Notes: generated by a model not told the origin, from the sequence alone. A stretch of 64,000 nt of DNA from Octopus vulgaris (GCA_951406725.2 OX597830.1:56110001-56174000); one strand, 5' to 3'. Positions 48,415-63,316 are shown, counted from the first letter of the stretch. Made by a program: numbers and translations.

Positions 48415-49555
48415 CCTTAGTCAGATAAACCAGTGGTTCTTGACTTAATGCTATTGTCAAAGAGGTGCTATGAGGGTATAGGGGGTGTCCAGAGGGGGTT
48501 GTGAATTTTTTAGATATAAAATATTTAGACCAAGTAAAATACAATACACTTTTCAAAAAAATCTTTGTCAGGGGTAGAAGATGAGTTAGCCAGTGTATTA
48601 TCAGAGTGCAGAAACATTGACTGATGATACACCAAGATAAAATATAATTTCATTGTATAAGACCTCATCGGTTTTGGTTATTTCCATAAAAATTTAACAT
48701 AGGTGAGTGTTAGTCCATGCAAATAATCTAAAAATGAAACAAGCTGGATGGGATAGTATAATACATAACCATTGTATAAAATCAGTGAGTAGCCTCTGTG
48801 TAATTACAATAACATTATGTAACACAAATTTTGTCCTTGGGTAGCAATTGTTATTTCTTATTTGTTTACCCCTAGAAAGAATGGCTAAGATTTCCTTTGG
48901 ACTTTGCTTTTGTTATATTTATTCAAACCCCAAAGAATCTCTCCCAACACATGGCTATGATGCTCCCCACCACTACGCCTGCTCATGATCAGAGAGGCAC
49001 ATGTCACCCAAGGGACATGTCTGAGTGATTACAGTAGTCAAGCAACTGACAAGCAAATCTGTGGTATTGAGCAGAATATTTGTTATACTGATATTTCTGC
49101 TTCAGCAACTCAATGCTGAATCTGTCTGAAATGTAATGGAAAAAAGGTCCAGGTCACAAAAGCAAAGTTTGAAGGCAATAATAGTCATTTCCTTTGATTT
49201 CAAGCTAGAATCAAATAGGAAATAACACTTACTGACCAAAGACAAAAAAAGAAAATAAAAATTTTGTTATGCAGTGTAATCTGCTGGGGGTTTTTTTGTG
49301 TGTATTTTCAAAATGCCATGGGTCCACTGTTACACCTTGTCACCACTATTTTACCTCTTTCCAGCTCCATCCCAGTCACTCCCATCTCTCTTCTATAGTG
49401 GGAGTAGTTGTGTGGTTCCTCTCCAGCAAGAAATTGTTCTGTTCTGACCCTTTTCTCATACTCTAACCCCGCCCCATCATTTCATTGCATAAAGCTGCCT
49501 CCCGCTCTACAGCAGCTTCTCTCACTCATAGGGTCTCTTAGTCTTGCAGGTTGCA

Positions 49556-50232
49556 TCATCATCATCATCATTGTTCGACCGTGGTCGAGACAATAGAATT
49601 TACCATGCTACACCAGACTTCACGGTCCATCATGGCATTACGGAGGTCCTGTTGCTGGATGCCTGTATCCCTGGAGATTACATCAAGGTAGGAGAGTGTG
49701 CGCCCTCTGGCATTGCGAGTAGATGGCTTCCAGAGGAGAAGAGTAGAAATTACCTCTTTTTCAGCTTTACAACAATGTCCAGCAAACTGGACTCTCCTAC
49801 CTTTCACAAGAGATGACACAGGTGGTAGTTTCCCATATATTTGCATTTTGGTTGGATGGTGCTTCCACGAGAGATTTTGAGCTCTCATAAGGAGGCGAGT
49901 GTAGGTTCCATCCAACCACCTCTCAAGCTTCTTTGATAACGTCCAGGTTTCTGAGCCATATAGTAGAATTGGTTCGACTGTGGCTTTGAAGATTTCAAGT
50001 TTGAAGTCTCTACTTAAATTTGATGACCAGATCTTATGCATGTCATTACAGGCTGACTAGGCCATACCCTTTCTAGTTCGAAAGTCTTTTCCAGATGATG
50101 ATATGTATGACCCAAGATAGTTGTAATCAGAAACCATATTTAAGGGCGCATTGTTGAGAGTATGGATGATGCAATCACTGTTGGACAGGCACTTGCTTAT
50201 GTATTCAGTCTTGGCCTCATTGAGGTAAAGAC
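49556..50232 (-). mobile_element. RTE-like LINE 3' fragment with (gat)n tail
   Basis: IFKATVEPILLYGSETW..DGTYTRLL..VQFAGHC. Confidence 0.85.
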
Positions 50233-50583
50233 CTACACTAGTACTGGTACCATCACAAAAAAGGCACCCAGTGCATTCTGTAATGTGGTTGCCCTCAAGG
50301 AGAGCATCGAGCTGTGGAAACTATGACAAAGAAGGCATTGGAGCATGAAGCAGTCTTTGGACCCCTTAGATCTTGTCAAACTCTCCAACTCATGCCAACA
50401 TAAAGCATGGACATTAAATGATGAGGATAATGATAATGGTGGAAAGGGGACATTTATATATGAAAAAAAGCATTGGGTGAAAGGGTGGTGGTCCAAAGTT
50501 GTATAAGATTGAGAACCATTGACAATAACAAATATACATGCATTAATTTATACATATACACATATAAATACAGCCATAATCAA

Positions 50584-50634
<51 letters not shown>

Positions 50635-51870
50635 TATATAACTACCTCTCCCTTAAAAAAAATCCTGCTGATTTTCTTTGTGTTAACTTCATCATCTTCA
50701 GGTCTCCTTTGGTGAAACGTTCAGTCTGCAGTAAATCAGAATAAAATTGATCTACTGACCATGACTTGGTGGAAGTTCCATTTTATTTTGATATCTGTGC
50801 ATCTTCTTATTTTTATTTTTCTCTTGAAGGGCAACTTTATCCTTCTTGGATGATGGATAATTCACAGCATAAACATCAACCTCATTATCACCATCAACAT
50901 CAACATCCGTTTCTCATACATGTATACTTACAAACACAACATAAACACACTCACACATACAAACAACACACACACACATATATATATACATACACATATA
51001 TATATACACATACATGCATACATATACATCTGTGTATCTATACCTCAGTGTCATTGTTTGTTTCACAGAAAACAAAAAGGAACAAAAAATACACATCATA
51101 TTTGTGTGTGCTTCAAATATTTACATGATTTTCATCATTACAGCTCGTTATTTCTCATTACTTCTCATTAAACTTTCTCTTTATTTCAAATTTTATTTCA
51201 TTTTTCTCCTTTGTAAAAAAAAAAAAAATGAAATGGAAAAAAAAATTCTGTAAAAAATCTAGTAATGATTAGTATTGTTATTTTTTATTATTATTATTAA
51301 TATTATTAATAATAATATATATAAAAATTTATTTTGTTTAATTGAGATTATAATCCTGTATCTAAGCTTATCCCATTTAGCTGAAACATTTTGTGATAAT
51401 ATGGTTTTCTTGGGGTTTATTTTTTTAATGTGAAAAGCTACTTTTATGTGATGAGTAAAATTTGTTATTTTTATTGTCTGAAAGGAAAAGAAATGATATC
51501 GTCCATTGTTGTTAAGGTTTGTGTGTGTGTGTATGTGTGTGTGTTATTTTTTTCCCACATTGCTTTTTGCTATATTAAAAATACAGATGAGGACTTTTCA
51601 TTCAAGTTTTTTTATATTTTTTCATTTTTATTCTTTACATCTTTTTTTTTTTTTCGTTTTGGGAATTTCAATTTGAGTAAACTGATATGGTTTTATCAAT
51701 TGAAATTTTTGAAAATGACTATTCAGGAGGAAAAAAAAATTGGAAATTATTTAATAAAGTTTAAACTTGAATAAAATTCAGTGAAAAAGAAAAAAATATC
51801 CTGAAGTTATTTTATTAGAAAATTACTATTTGTAAGTCTCACAACGTGAGATATTCAGCAATAGTACTTT

Positions 51871-52420
51871 GGAGTAAAGATTGTTTGCCAACATAACATG
51901 GCAGTCCTGGTTTAGGATGAATGTTGCTGTAATTTAGCCTCAGGAGACATCGTCACCAGCTGGCTATACGACACGATCTGTGTCCTTATATATTCGAACA
52001 AGGGAATGTAGCACCCCCACTCAGCTCAAAACAATATCTGTGAAATCAAAGGGTTTGAAGCCACCACACACCTTGACCCACGCGTGGAGCACAGTGGCTG
52101 CTGCGACGGCCCATATGCGTTGGTCTCAGTCTAATATTTGCATTGGTCGTAGTGCAAAAATATTGACTGAGACCGACGCATACGACCCGTTGCAGCAGCC
52201 ACCGCATGCGGGTCAAGGCATGCGGCAGCTTCACGCCCTTTGATTTCACAGATGTTGTTTTGAGCTGAGTGGGGGTGCTAAAGATTCCCTTGTTCGAAAA
52301 TATAAGAACACCAATCGTGTTGTATAGCCAGCTGGAGATGATGTCTCCTGGGGCTAAATTACAGCAACATTTGTCCTAAACCAGGACTGCCATGTTATGT
52401 TGGCAAACAATCTTTACTCC
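51871..52420. repeat. ~550-bp near-perfect palindrome (foldback element)
   Basis: Outer arms 51871-52042 / 52247-52420; the inner GC-rich segment is also self-complementary, apex near 52147. Confidence 0.9.
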
Positions 52421-52421
52421 A

Positions 52422-52452
<31 letters not shown>

Positions 52453-52470
52453 CGCTCACACACACACACA

Positions 52471-53400
52471 CTAGCAATGCATCCCGGTGTTGCCTGAGTG
52501 TTATAACCTACAGTCACATTGTATTATTTCTTTCTTATGGGTAGAATTGGCACATGAGGAGCATGAAAGCAAACAACTCTTTTTTATAAACATATTTTTT
52601 GGTCATTTTGTGATGAACAATGCTGAAATTGTTGTCACCAAAAACATGTTGAATACCAGCTAAGATTGGAATGAAATCCTAAAAATGACCCCAAAATGAC
52701 CTAGACTTACCGATGTAAAGAATTGGATGACAAATGAGAATGTAGAGGTATCCGTATTGCAGAAAGTAAGGTACATGGAAAGAAAGTTGCTTCATTGTAA
52801 AAAGAACCATCTATGTAATGTTTGGGCAGACTGCACACTTCAACATTTGTTAAGTGAAGCTGACAATGCTTCTGGGTAAACTGTGTTTTACGTAAGTCCA
52901 GTGTTGGTAGAATAAATACACAAGTCATCTGCACTGCGAACTCAAGAGTATGCAACATATAGTTGTCCATGAGAAAGGTAGGGTTGTTATAAACTGATAC
53001 CCACAATTTTTAAAGTTTGACCCTGGGCTTTCTTGATTGTCATAGTGAATCACATTAGAGTTATAATCAGTCTTGTACGATTGCATAGTTGTGATGGATC
53101 CAAATTCCTCAAGAGCAAGATAGGTGCACCTTTCTTTAGGAACAACTTATGTGGTGGCAGTCCTGTGGGTTGTAGAGAGTTGAGAAATTCAACTGGATAC
53201 TCAACAGCAGCATGTTCATCGATGGAGACAAATGTTGAAGTATCTCCAGGTAGAATGTGGAGGGGTTCATGGTTTACTTTATCAGTGCTTTCATTCCAAT
53301 GTGAACCATGCCTTGTTTTTGAAGTTGTCTTGCAATGTGCGAAATACCTTTTTTTTTAAGCTCAGCCAATGTAGACACCACGTATTCACATTGCAGTACA
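52471..53400 (-). mobile_element. Helitron 3' relic with PIF1-family helicase remnant
   Basis: Minus-strand translation EYPVEFLNSLQPTGLPPHKLFLKKGAPILLLRNLDPSQLCNRTRL..FTMTIKKAQGQTL..SHGQLYVAYS*V..VYPEAL (with stops); 3' hairpin and CTAG terminus at 52471. Confidence 0.9.
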
Positions 53401-53514
53401 TGCTACTGCAAGGTGTTATTCAACGGTAAGGCGCCATTTCCAATTAGTAGAAGATGATGAGAGAGAATTTGTTGTAGAGATGAGCTCGCATATTCTTGCC
53501 TAATGACACAAAAG

Positions 53515-53715
53515 GCCATGGAAAGAGCCATGTTAGGAATATAATTACAAAAGCACATTCAAAATTAGATAATTCAAGAATGGAGTAGAGTGAACGATGT
53601 GATTGCAGAGTACCAAAAGTACAAGTTCCATTGGGTTGGACATTTCACTAGGTTCACAGATAATAAGTGGACCTGTGCAGTTGCTGAGTGGTACCTAAGG
53701 GATTGGAAAAGGCCT
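53515..53715 (+). mobile_element. RTE LINE C-terminal relic
   Basis: MERAMLGI...KFHWVGHFTRFTDNKWT...EWY. Confidence 0.7.
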
Positions 53716-54457
53716 TCACTTTTCCATTGTGACCCTAGTAATTTGGGTCATGATGGAAAAGAATGGTAACAGCACAATCAAAACAGAATTGGAAATGCAT
53801 TGTGTCCAAGTGTATATAACAGCATCTGATGGTCTGGACAATACTGTGATATATCTATATATATTGTTCAAATTTGCAGGAAACATATATTACAGTGTGT
53901 GGTGTATGTGTATATTTGTTACCATGTCTACATATTCCATCTGAGCTGTTCCATTCCTGTTCCTTTACATATTTAAATACGTCATCATAATCATTTAACA
54001 TCCATTTTCCATGCTGGCATGGGTTAGGTGGTTTGACAGGAGCTGGCGAGCCATTTGAGATATTCAAGGATATTGAACTCTTGGGTCTCTTTGCAGGACA
54101 CACTTTCGACTGAAAGCTGTGATATTTGTCTCACCGAGAGTGGCAGTCTTGTTTTCTAATTGTCTACTACACTCATTTCCAACTTGTGAAGATGTGAAAA
54201 ATTGTTGCTTACAGATCAATGATTAGGACATTGATTGAAAATTAAATAAATATCACTGATTCAGATAAATGTTTTACATAACAAGCCGATTATTTCTGAT
54301 AAAGCAAAATGATTGTTTGCCCTAGCAATTTACCAACTATTTGCTGGCACGGTGAAATTTGTCACTTTACTGCTCTTTATAACATTTTTATATATCTTTG
54401 GTAGGTGTGTGCAGCACTCACCCAGCACATACATACACACACATATATATTACATTC

Positions 54458-54768
54458 ATCATCCGTTTTTCCATGCTAGCATGGGTTGGATGGTTTGACC
54501 GGGGTCTGGGAAGCCTGGAGGCTGCACCAGGCTCCAGTCTGATCTGGAAGTGTTTCTACAGCTGGATGCCCTTCCTAATGCCAACCACTCCGTGAGTAGC
54601 GGGTGTTTTTTACGTGCCACTGGCACAGGGGCCAGAGCAGGCTGGCAAATGGCCACGATCAGTTGGTGCTTTTACGTGTCACCGACACGGATGCCAGTCA
54701 GGTGGCACTGGTATTTGCCACATTCGGACGGTGCTTTTTATGTGTCACCGGCACGGGTGTCTTAACTG
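54458..54768 (-). mobile_element. RTE LINE 3' tail copy (minus strand)
   Basis: Family motifs. Confidence 0.8.
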
Positions 54769-55009
54769 TGTATATATATATATCCTTTACTTTTTACTTG
54801 TTTCAGTCATTGGACTATTGCCATGCTGTGGCTCAAATTGAAGGGTTTATTCAAACCAATCAACCCAGTATCTAGTTTTTGAAAGCCTGGCATTCGTTCT
54901 ACCAGTCACTTTAGCTGAACTGTTAAGTAACAAAGAATGGAAACAAACCAGCACTAGTTCTCAAGTGGTGATGGGGGACAAACATAAACACAAAGACACA
55001 TACATTTGT

Positions 55010-55200
55010 ACATGGAATCAAAGGGAGAACTGTGGAGAAATCTATGCCATATATAAATGTATCAAAGAGATGCAAGTTACACATAGCTGAAAGATCACAC
55101 ATCCTTTTTAGATCCAAGAAGTCCACCAAACTACTTAATTCTAGATCCAAAATTTTTAACAAATGTAAGCACATGGACAAGTTTCTCTTCTTGAACTGGA
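55010..55200 (+). mobile_element. Penelope-like element, GIY-YIG endonuclease C-terminal relic
   Basis: EKSMPYINVSKRCKLHIAERSHI...LLNSRSKIFNKCKHMDKFL resembles the PY..SKRCxLCxxEK..LLNxRSE..CRH tail of PLE ORFs. Confidence 0.65.
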
Positions 55201-55436
55201 GGACACCACCTGTTCCAGACTTTGGCTTTGGCCTCCTCTCTGTTATATTAATCTGCACCAGCTACATTAATCATGATTTCTTCAGACAAATGAGACAATC
55301 TTGGTTTTCTTCAACTTTCTTTGAATTTTCCTTCCCATTTTTTCCCATGTTTTCTCAGATTAGCATCCTGGTTTTTAAATAGATCTAACAGTATGCTCTG
55401 AGCCTGAAAGCTTGTTTGGAGGCATATGGTTTGTTA

Positions 55437-55925
55437 TCATCATCATCATCATCATCGTTTAACGTCCACTTTCCATGCTAGCATGGGTTGAATGAATAAC
55501 TGAGAGTTGGCGAACCAGAAGGCTGCACCAGGCTTCAATCTTAATCTGGCAGAGTTTCTACAGCTGGATGCCCTTCCTAACGCCAACCACTCCAGGAGTG
55601 TAGTGTGTGCTTTTACGTGCCACCGGCACAGGGCCAGTCAGGCGGTACTGGCAACGGCCTTGCTTGAATCTTTTACACATGCCACCAGCACTGGTGCCAG
55701 TAAGGCGATGCTGGTAACAATCATACTCGAATGGTGTCTTTTACGTGCCACCGGCACAGAAGCCAGATAGCCGCTCTGGCAATGATCACGCTCGAGTGCC
55801 AGTAAGGCGACACTGGTAACGATCACGCTCGAATTGTGCCTTTTAAGTGTAACTGGCATGGAAGCTGGTTAGCCGCTCTGTCAATGATCACATTCGTATG
55901 GTGCTCTTTGCACCCTGCTAGCACA
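55437..55925 (-). mobile_element. RTE LINE 3' tail copy (minus strand)
   Basis: Family motifs and (cat)n. Confidence 0.8.
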
Positions 55926-57423
55926 CAGTCATATATATATAATACATATATTTCTTTGGACTTGTATATAGACAAAAAATCTTGCAGCATCCGTCCATCC
56001 TTTTTCCAGGTTGTCTTGTGTCTCTGAGTTCAACTAGCTTTTATCCTGATATTGCTCATCCATAGTCTATGTTGAGTGGTACATTTTCCATTAAGGAAAA
56101 ACTTAGCTTGGTAGTCACAACAAACTATCAATGCTTTTTCTTGGAAAGGAAACAAAATCCCAAGGAGCAATTGTTTATAACTCTCAAAGAAAAGGGAAGA
56201 TAATTTCAAGAAATTAAGCATTGATATTGCAAGTAAAGGAGACAACTATGGACATGTTTCAGTTTTGTTAGAACTTTAACTGGAAGGGTGTCTCTGGCCC
56301 TCTTATTACAATTTTTTCTTTCTCATGAGTTGCTTGCAAAAAGGTGGAAATAATACAAGAAATGAGGCTTCAATTAACTGTGACACTTTAGTCTTCTGCT
56401 AAATAAAATTATACAACAAACCAGATTAATACATCACGGAGAATGCTGTCTGTAGAAAATCATACATAGTTGGCTTTTTAACTCAGTTGAACTTGGTTAC
56501 ATGTGCTTCAACAAGAACAAAAATAATATGATATAACTCCCTGAAAACAACTCTCCCCTCTCCATTAAAATGAGAAACATCATGCTATTTTTTTGACAAA
56601 ATGAGGTTCAGGCTATTATCTAGAATTTACCACAATGTGATTGGATACGAGCTCTGTATCCTGTGTAAAACTAGACCAATCCAAATGCTGAACTCAACCA
56701 AGTATTTTAACATCACATGACTGGTTGCATGACCAATCTTAGGCATAGAATTTTTAGATTACTTAAGTCTAAAACATGAAATTATGAAATTAGTCATGCT
56801 ACAGGTCTTTCCAGTATAGTATAGTTTTCTGATGCCAGCTTTGATTAAGATTATTCAACAAATGTTTCTACATATGGAAAAGGGTATTCAGAGAATTTTG
56901 GTCAGTAATAGCGTCTCTAACAATAAGAAAAATTATAATTAATTGCTATGCTGATGAGATGCAATAAGATTGGAACATCTGCACCTGGCTCATTGCCTAC
57001 AAAAATTAGATTTTCTCTTAAGCAAATAAATTAATTTTGCGTAATTAATTTTTAATTTCTTTAAATAATCCACAACTGTTTCAATATATCAACCCTTAAT
57101 TTGTTGCATGAATGCGTGCGTATAACCTCTGTCCTCTTTTTTCTTTCTTTCTCTCCCTTTTTTTCTCTCTCTCTCATTCTCTTTATTTCTCTGTGCAACT
57201 CCCTCTTCAGCATATCTCCCCACCCATTGCTCTGCATTACCAGAAGGAGAGAGAGAGAGATGATAGACGAAGGAGAAGATGGATGGGGGAACGTAGAGTA
57301 GTAAGAGAGAGTAAGGGAGATGAACAAAGGTGTAGTGGTGGTGGTGGGAGGTTGTTATTGAAAAGGAGGCCGCTTACGTTATCGTCAAAGCGAAGCAGTA
57401 CACGATCGTCTGACTGCCAAGAA

Positions 57424-57643
57424 ATGGCTGAAGATGAGGATAAAACACCATTATTGAAGGGTGCAGGGACATATGCTATCGATGATCCTCGTGATAAGAT
57501 TAGATATTTGTATGAAAGTGGTAATTTAGGCTATGTCAATGGCAACGACAATAGAATCAGCGCCAATAGGAGTCCACTGCCATCGTCATTGGCAGCTGAC
57601 AAGATTGTTACCATCTTTGTGGTTACTTTTGATACGCGATCAG
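57424..57643 (+). CDS. DENND11: DENN domain-containing protein 11 (LCHN/KIAA1147) first coding exon; gene continues beyond window
   Basis: IVTIFVVTFDTRSG matches the uDENN start of DENND11/Anr2-type proteins (IVAVFVVTFDPRSG). ATG in GAAATGG context; donor G|GTAAGT. Confidence 0.8.
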
Positions 57644-57731
57644 GTAAGTTGTGTTCATAACTATGGCCATACTGTATTGTACGATGCGTAATATATACAA
57701 ACATACACACATTATACCTCTCTCTCTTTCT

Positions 57732-57800
<69 letters not shown>

Positions 57801-58373
57801 CTACCTATCTATACATACATATATACGTACATACATACATTCCATATCGTTCTAAATGGACTTGGCACTCTCGTATATAATTATTATCTCGTAAATATAA
57901 CCTACACACCCGTTTCATCATATTTCATTCATTATGCAATAATATACACCCCCTCTACATACCATTCTACATCACTTCTATACACCATCTTATACATGCC
58001 TGATGTATTATTCATACAACAGCTGTTGTACTACCTATCTTTCTATCTATATACCTACTCGCCACACAGCAAATCTGCTTATATACATATACACACACAC
58101 ATTCACCATGCACACACGCATACCACAATTACAGTCACGTACATTCCTGACATACTATATACATCCTACAACGACATACAATAATATGCATATCTACTTT
58201 ATCATATACATTCTGTCGAAGATGTCATACACACACCTGTTATATTATAGACTCGTTACAGCACAATGTAGAGTAATACTAATCTCAGTAGACATACAAT
58301 ATACACAGTACCAGGGCTGTTTTACCAGTGTTATAGGCCCCACCCCACGAGCAAATCAATAAACTGGGCCCCA

Positions 58374-58640
58374 TCTATATATATATAAAGATAAAAATGT
58401 GTGTTTGTGTGAATCCCTAAAACTCGAGAACTACACAACCAATTTCATTCAAATTTTACACATGCCTTACTTAGGGTCCATGTAGTGTCATAGGCCAATT
58501 TTTTAAAAAACTTCTTTGCCTAGTGCGAGCCCACAAAAATATCATATCTTCACCACTATTTCAGCATTACGTGTCAAAAGTGAAACAATAACATCTCTCT
58601 ATTGTAATGTCAGATATTTTCATTTAATACTGAAACTAAT
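58374..58640 (+). mobile_element. Helitron-type 5' fragment
   Basis: A|TCTATATATATATAAAG...tgtgtgtttgtgtg...accaatttcattcaaatttt; typical non-autonomous Helitron head. Confidence 0.5.
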
Positions 58641-58659
58641 TAAGTGAAACTATTATCTC

Positions 58660-59390
<731 letters not shown>

Positions 59391-59554
59391 AGGTGCAGTT
59401 GTGGCTGTGTGGTAAGAAACTTGGTTCCAAAACAAATGGTACTGGGTTCAGTGCCACTGTGTGGTGACTTGGCACATGTCTTCTGCTATAGCCTCTCAGA
59501 CCAACCAAAACCTTGTGAGTGGATTTTGTAGATAGAAACTCAAAGAAATCAATC

Positions 59555-59604
<50 letters not shown>

Positions 59605-59962
59605 TTGTATATATGTAAGTATATGTGTGTGTTTTTGTCTCTGTGTTTCTCCCTCATCACTGCTTCACAACTGCTGTTTGTTTATTTACATCCCCATAAT
59701 TTACTGGTTTCACAAGAAGAAACTGATAGAATAAGTACCAGGCTTATCAAAATAAAAAAAAAGCACTAGGCAGTGTCTCATATTTTTGTTTGCTCACTCA
59801 GTTGTATCTATCAATCTATCTTGTGTGTGTGTGTGTGTGTGTGTGTATACACATACACACATCATCATCATCATCATTTAACGTCCACTTTCCATGCTGG
59901 TGTGGGATCATCATCATCGTTTACACACACATATATACATATATGTTTATGTGCATATTCAT

Positions 59963-60590
59963 ATCTATTATATAAAAGTTAATGTCTTTATGTGTGTTCG
60001 TGTGTTACTTATACATTCGAAAACCACAGCACTGATCCTAATGAAATTTGGAACACAAAATCCAAGCCTAGGGAGAAGGGTATTGCTGTGTGTTTCATAC
60101 AATTTCATGGACCAAAATTACTGAATGGATCCTTGTGATATTTGGAACTTAGAGTCTATGCATAAGGGTGGGTATAATGCAATATGTTTGGTTTGAATTT
60201 GAGATGGCTTAAGGGGGTAGAACCCCCATGAAAATTTGTAAATTTTCGATTTTGATGAAATTTCAACCATGGGTAATTGACACACATCAAGATGTATTCT
60301 CAAAGTTTCCACTTTTCATGAGGATTCTAAGATCCCCTAATGGGAGCCTTAACTCCCAAATTTTAGTAATTTTTTAATGATCCAAAACTAGGTCAAAAGT
60401 ACTGAATGGATCTTTATAAAATTTGGAAATTATATTCTATGCATAATCCCCATGAAAATTCATATTTTTTTGCTGTTGATGAAATTTTAACCATAGATAT
60501 TAGACACAAAGGAGATAGTACTTCTAAAATTTCATCTTCTTAGAAGTTAGAAAGACCCCTTCATGGGGACTTAACACCCACAATTTATTC
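59963..60590 (+). mobile_element. Helitron-type 5' fragment with two internal ~280-bp subrepeats
   Basis: TCTATTATATAAAAG head; 'ctaatgaaatttggaacac'; block actgaatggatc..tttggaa..tctatgcataa..ccccatgaaaatt repeated near 60120 and 60400. Confidence 0.5.
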
Positions 60591-62054
60591 ATGCAAAGAT
60601 GAATACAGTTGTACTCTTGGAAGCTATAAGGTCACCCAAGCATAAAAGATGAGCATTATTTGTAATTCGATGGTACAACAGTGTAAGAGTTTGCTTTGAG
60701 ATATTCTTAGGTTGTGATTTCTGCAATTTGTTGCATAAATTGTCAAGTAAATGAGAGGCATCTTTGCCTCCACTGATTCAGTTGCGAAGTGTTGAGTAAA
60801 GTTATTTGGTTGCAGACCTCCTTTGAGTCTTTTTATTATCACTGGGTCACACGTAGTACCCAAATGGTAACATTATTTCAAGGCCTTCCCAGATGAGTGA
60901 CTGGTTATTGAAAGACATTTATAGATTGTAAATTTTTTCTGTCCAGTTACCTATCGGTATAGTGATCATTTGCAAACTTCAGAGGTGACACTTTTATTTC
61001 TCCTTAGCCCTCACGTCACACAATTGTTAATATTTATTTGAGTTGGGTCACGCCCTTCCAATTGCTATAGATTCGTAATGCATCTTACAGCCCTGCCTGT
61101 CACCTGTATGGTGAGGAATCCTATATTGGGAGTGGTAACGACTAGGATAGGGTAGCTGACTGCTTATTGTGATCATTCGTCTTTTGATTTCCTGTAGCTT
61201 TGCTCTCTTTTACAAACCCAGTGAACATACATATATTTCCTATTTCAAAGGAATTAAAACAATAGATATAAGACCCAAGTTAAAAAGTTAATAGATATAA
61301 GACCCAAGTTAAAAAGAACCTGAGTGAAAATGATTCAAGGCCTGCTGGCTTAGAGGAACAGAGGCTACTGTAGTAGCAGTAGAGAAGGCAGAGAGAGGAG
61401 ACAGTATGTCTGTGGGAGTAGTACTGTATTGTTGATCTCGGATATGTGTGTGGGAGTAGTAGCAACATTTAGTGTGAGGAATCAGTACTGTATTGGGAGG
61501 GGCTCTAAAATGTATTTATGTGTGTGTGTGTGTGTGTGTGTGTAGTAAAATTATCCCAAATATAGCAGGTGTTTTCCATTATTGGTTGAAACTAGGATAT
61601 ATGTGTAATGGTACTATCTCAGATGTAGAAGCGGTATTCTATTGTGTGTCTAGCATGTCTATGTATGTACCAGCAGTAGCTCCACCACCATCTCAGTGGA
61701 GCTGTACTCCATGGTAGATTTAGGATATTTGTGCATGTAGCTTCAGTACTGTCTTGGGTGTGCTCTAGACTGTCAGTATATATTAGTAGCTACAGTACTT
61801 TCCCAAAAGTTGGAGTGGTATCCTCCCCTGCACCCATGGGCCAAAGATGTGAGAGTAGTACACTCTTGTGGATCTAAAATATCTGTTATGACATCTGAAA
61901 TATATACATCATACAATAAAACACCCACCTGTCATACCTTATACATCATACAATAATGTATATACCTGTCATTCTATGTACACCATAAAATAATACATAA
62001 ACTTGTCATTCTATGTGCCCTGTACAATTGTATACATACTTGCTATACTTTATA

Positions 62055-62087
<33 letters not shown>

Positions 62088-62365
62088 TTAGCGTCCGCTT
62101 TCCATGCTAGCATGGGTTGGACGGTTCAACTGGGGTCTGTGAAGCCAGAAGGCTGCATCAGGCCCAGTCTGATCTGGCAGTGTTTCTACGGCTGGATGCC
62201 CTTCCTAACACCAACCACTCCGTGAGTGTAGTGGGTGCTTTTTACGTGCCACCCACACAGGTGTCAGACGGAGCTGGAAAACGGCCACGGACGGATGGTG
62301 CTTTTTATGTGCCACCGGCATGGGGGCCAGGCGAGGCTGGCAACGGCCACGATCGGGTGGTGCTT
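62055..62365 (-). mobile_element. RTE LINE 3' tail copy (minus strand)
   Basis: Family motifs and (cat)n. Confidence 0.8.
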
Positions 62366-63090
62366 CATACAATATCCACCACACTAGAAAATATCTTTAT
62401 GTTGTATTTTCTCACTTTCCCCTGTTGTGTTCAATGTTGACGTTGTCCAGGTATTAATAGTGTAAGTACATATAATAATGCTGAGGTTGTTTCCATCAAT
62501 ATCTTGTGAAGAACACCTAAGACACAAGTGCCTGATCCTTTGGTAACTTTAGTTAAAGCAGCTGGTCTAATACTAGCACCTAGTACTTTAGTCATAGGTC
62601 TAATTGCTACCCAGGGCCACCACTTGCTCTTTGGATTGTAAATCTAACACACCACCCTGTTTAACACTACCATCACCTGGCTCATGGGTGGTAGATCTAA
62701 TACATCACTCTGTTTAACACTATTGTCTGGTCCTTGGTTCAGAGGTCCAATACACCTAACTATTTATTACTGCTACCACCATATCTTTCAGTGGTAGAAC
62801 TAAAAGACCACTCTGTTTACACTGTCATCACTTGGTCCATGGGTAGTAGGTCTCACACATCTATCTATTTATCACTGCCTAGTACTTTGGTGGTAGATCT
62901 AAAATACCATTCTGTTTAACATTACCAGCTTGTCATTAGGTTCCTTAAGTTTGAGAATAAGTCTAACCTGCCACCCAGTCTAACACCACTACCTGGTCCT
63001 TGGGTGGTTTTAGCACAGTGTAGTCTGTTGTAAACATTAAGACCAAGCCTCCAGCTTCCTTGCAACTCAACATTTTCCTCAATGATATTA

Positions 63091-63316
63091 AAGGCGACGA
63101 GCTGGCAGAAACGTTAGAACGCCAGGCGAAATGCTTTGCAGTATTTCATCTGTCGCTATGTTCTGAGTTCAAATTCCGCCGAGGTCGACTTTGCCTTTCA
63201 GGGTCGATTAAATAAGTACCAGTTACGCACTGGGGTCGATATAATCGACTTAATCTGTTTGTCTGTCCTTGTTTGTCCTCTCTGTGTTTAGCCCCTTGTG
63301 GGTAGTAAAGAAATAG
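63091..63316 (+). mobile_element. SINE-like dispersed repeat (minus-strand copy at about 8187-8465)
   Basis: ggcgacgagctggcagaaacgttag..gagttcaaattccgccgaggtcgactttgcc..gtaaagaaatag. Confidence 0.75.

Noticed and set aside
57112-57423. Upstream in-frame extension of the DENND11 ORF
   Set aside because: Low-complexity CT/GA sequence and a non-ATG start; the ATG at 57424 is the plausible start.
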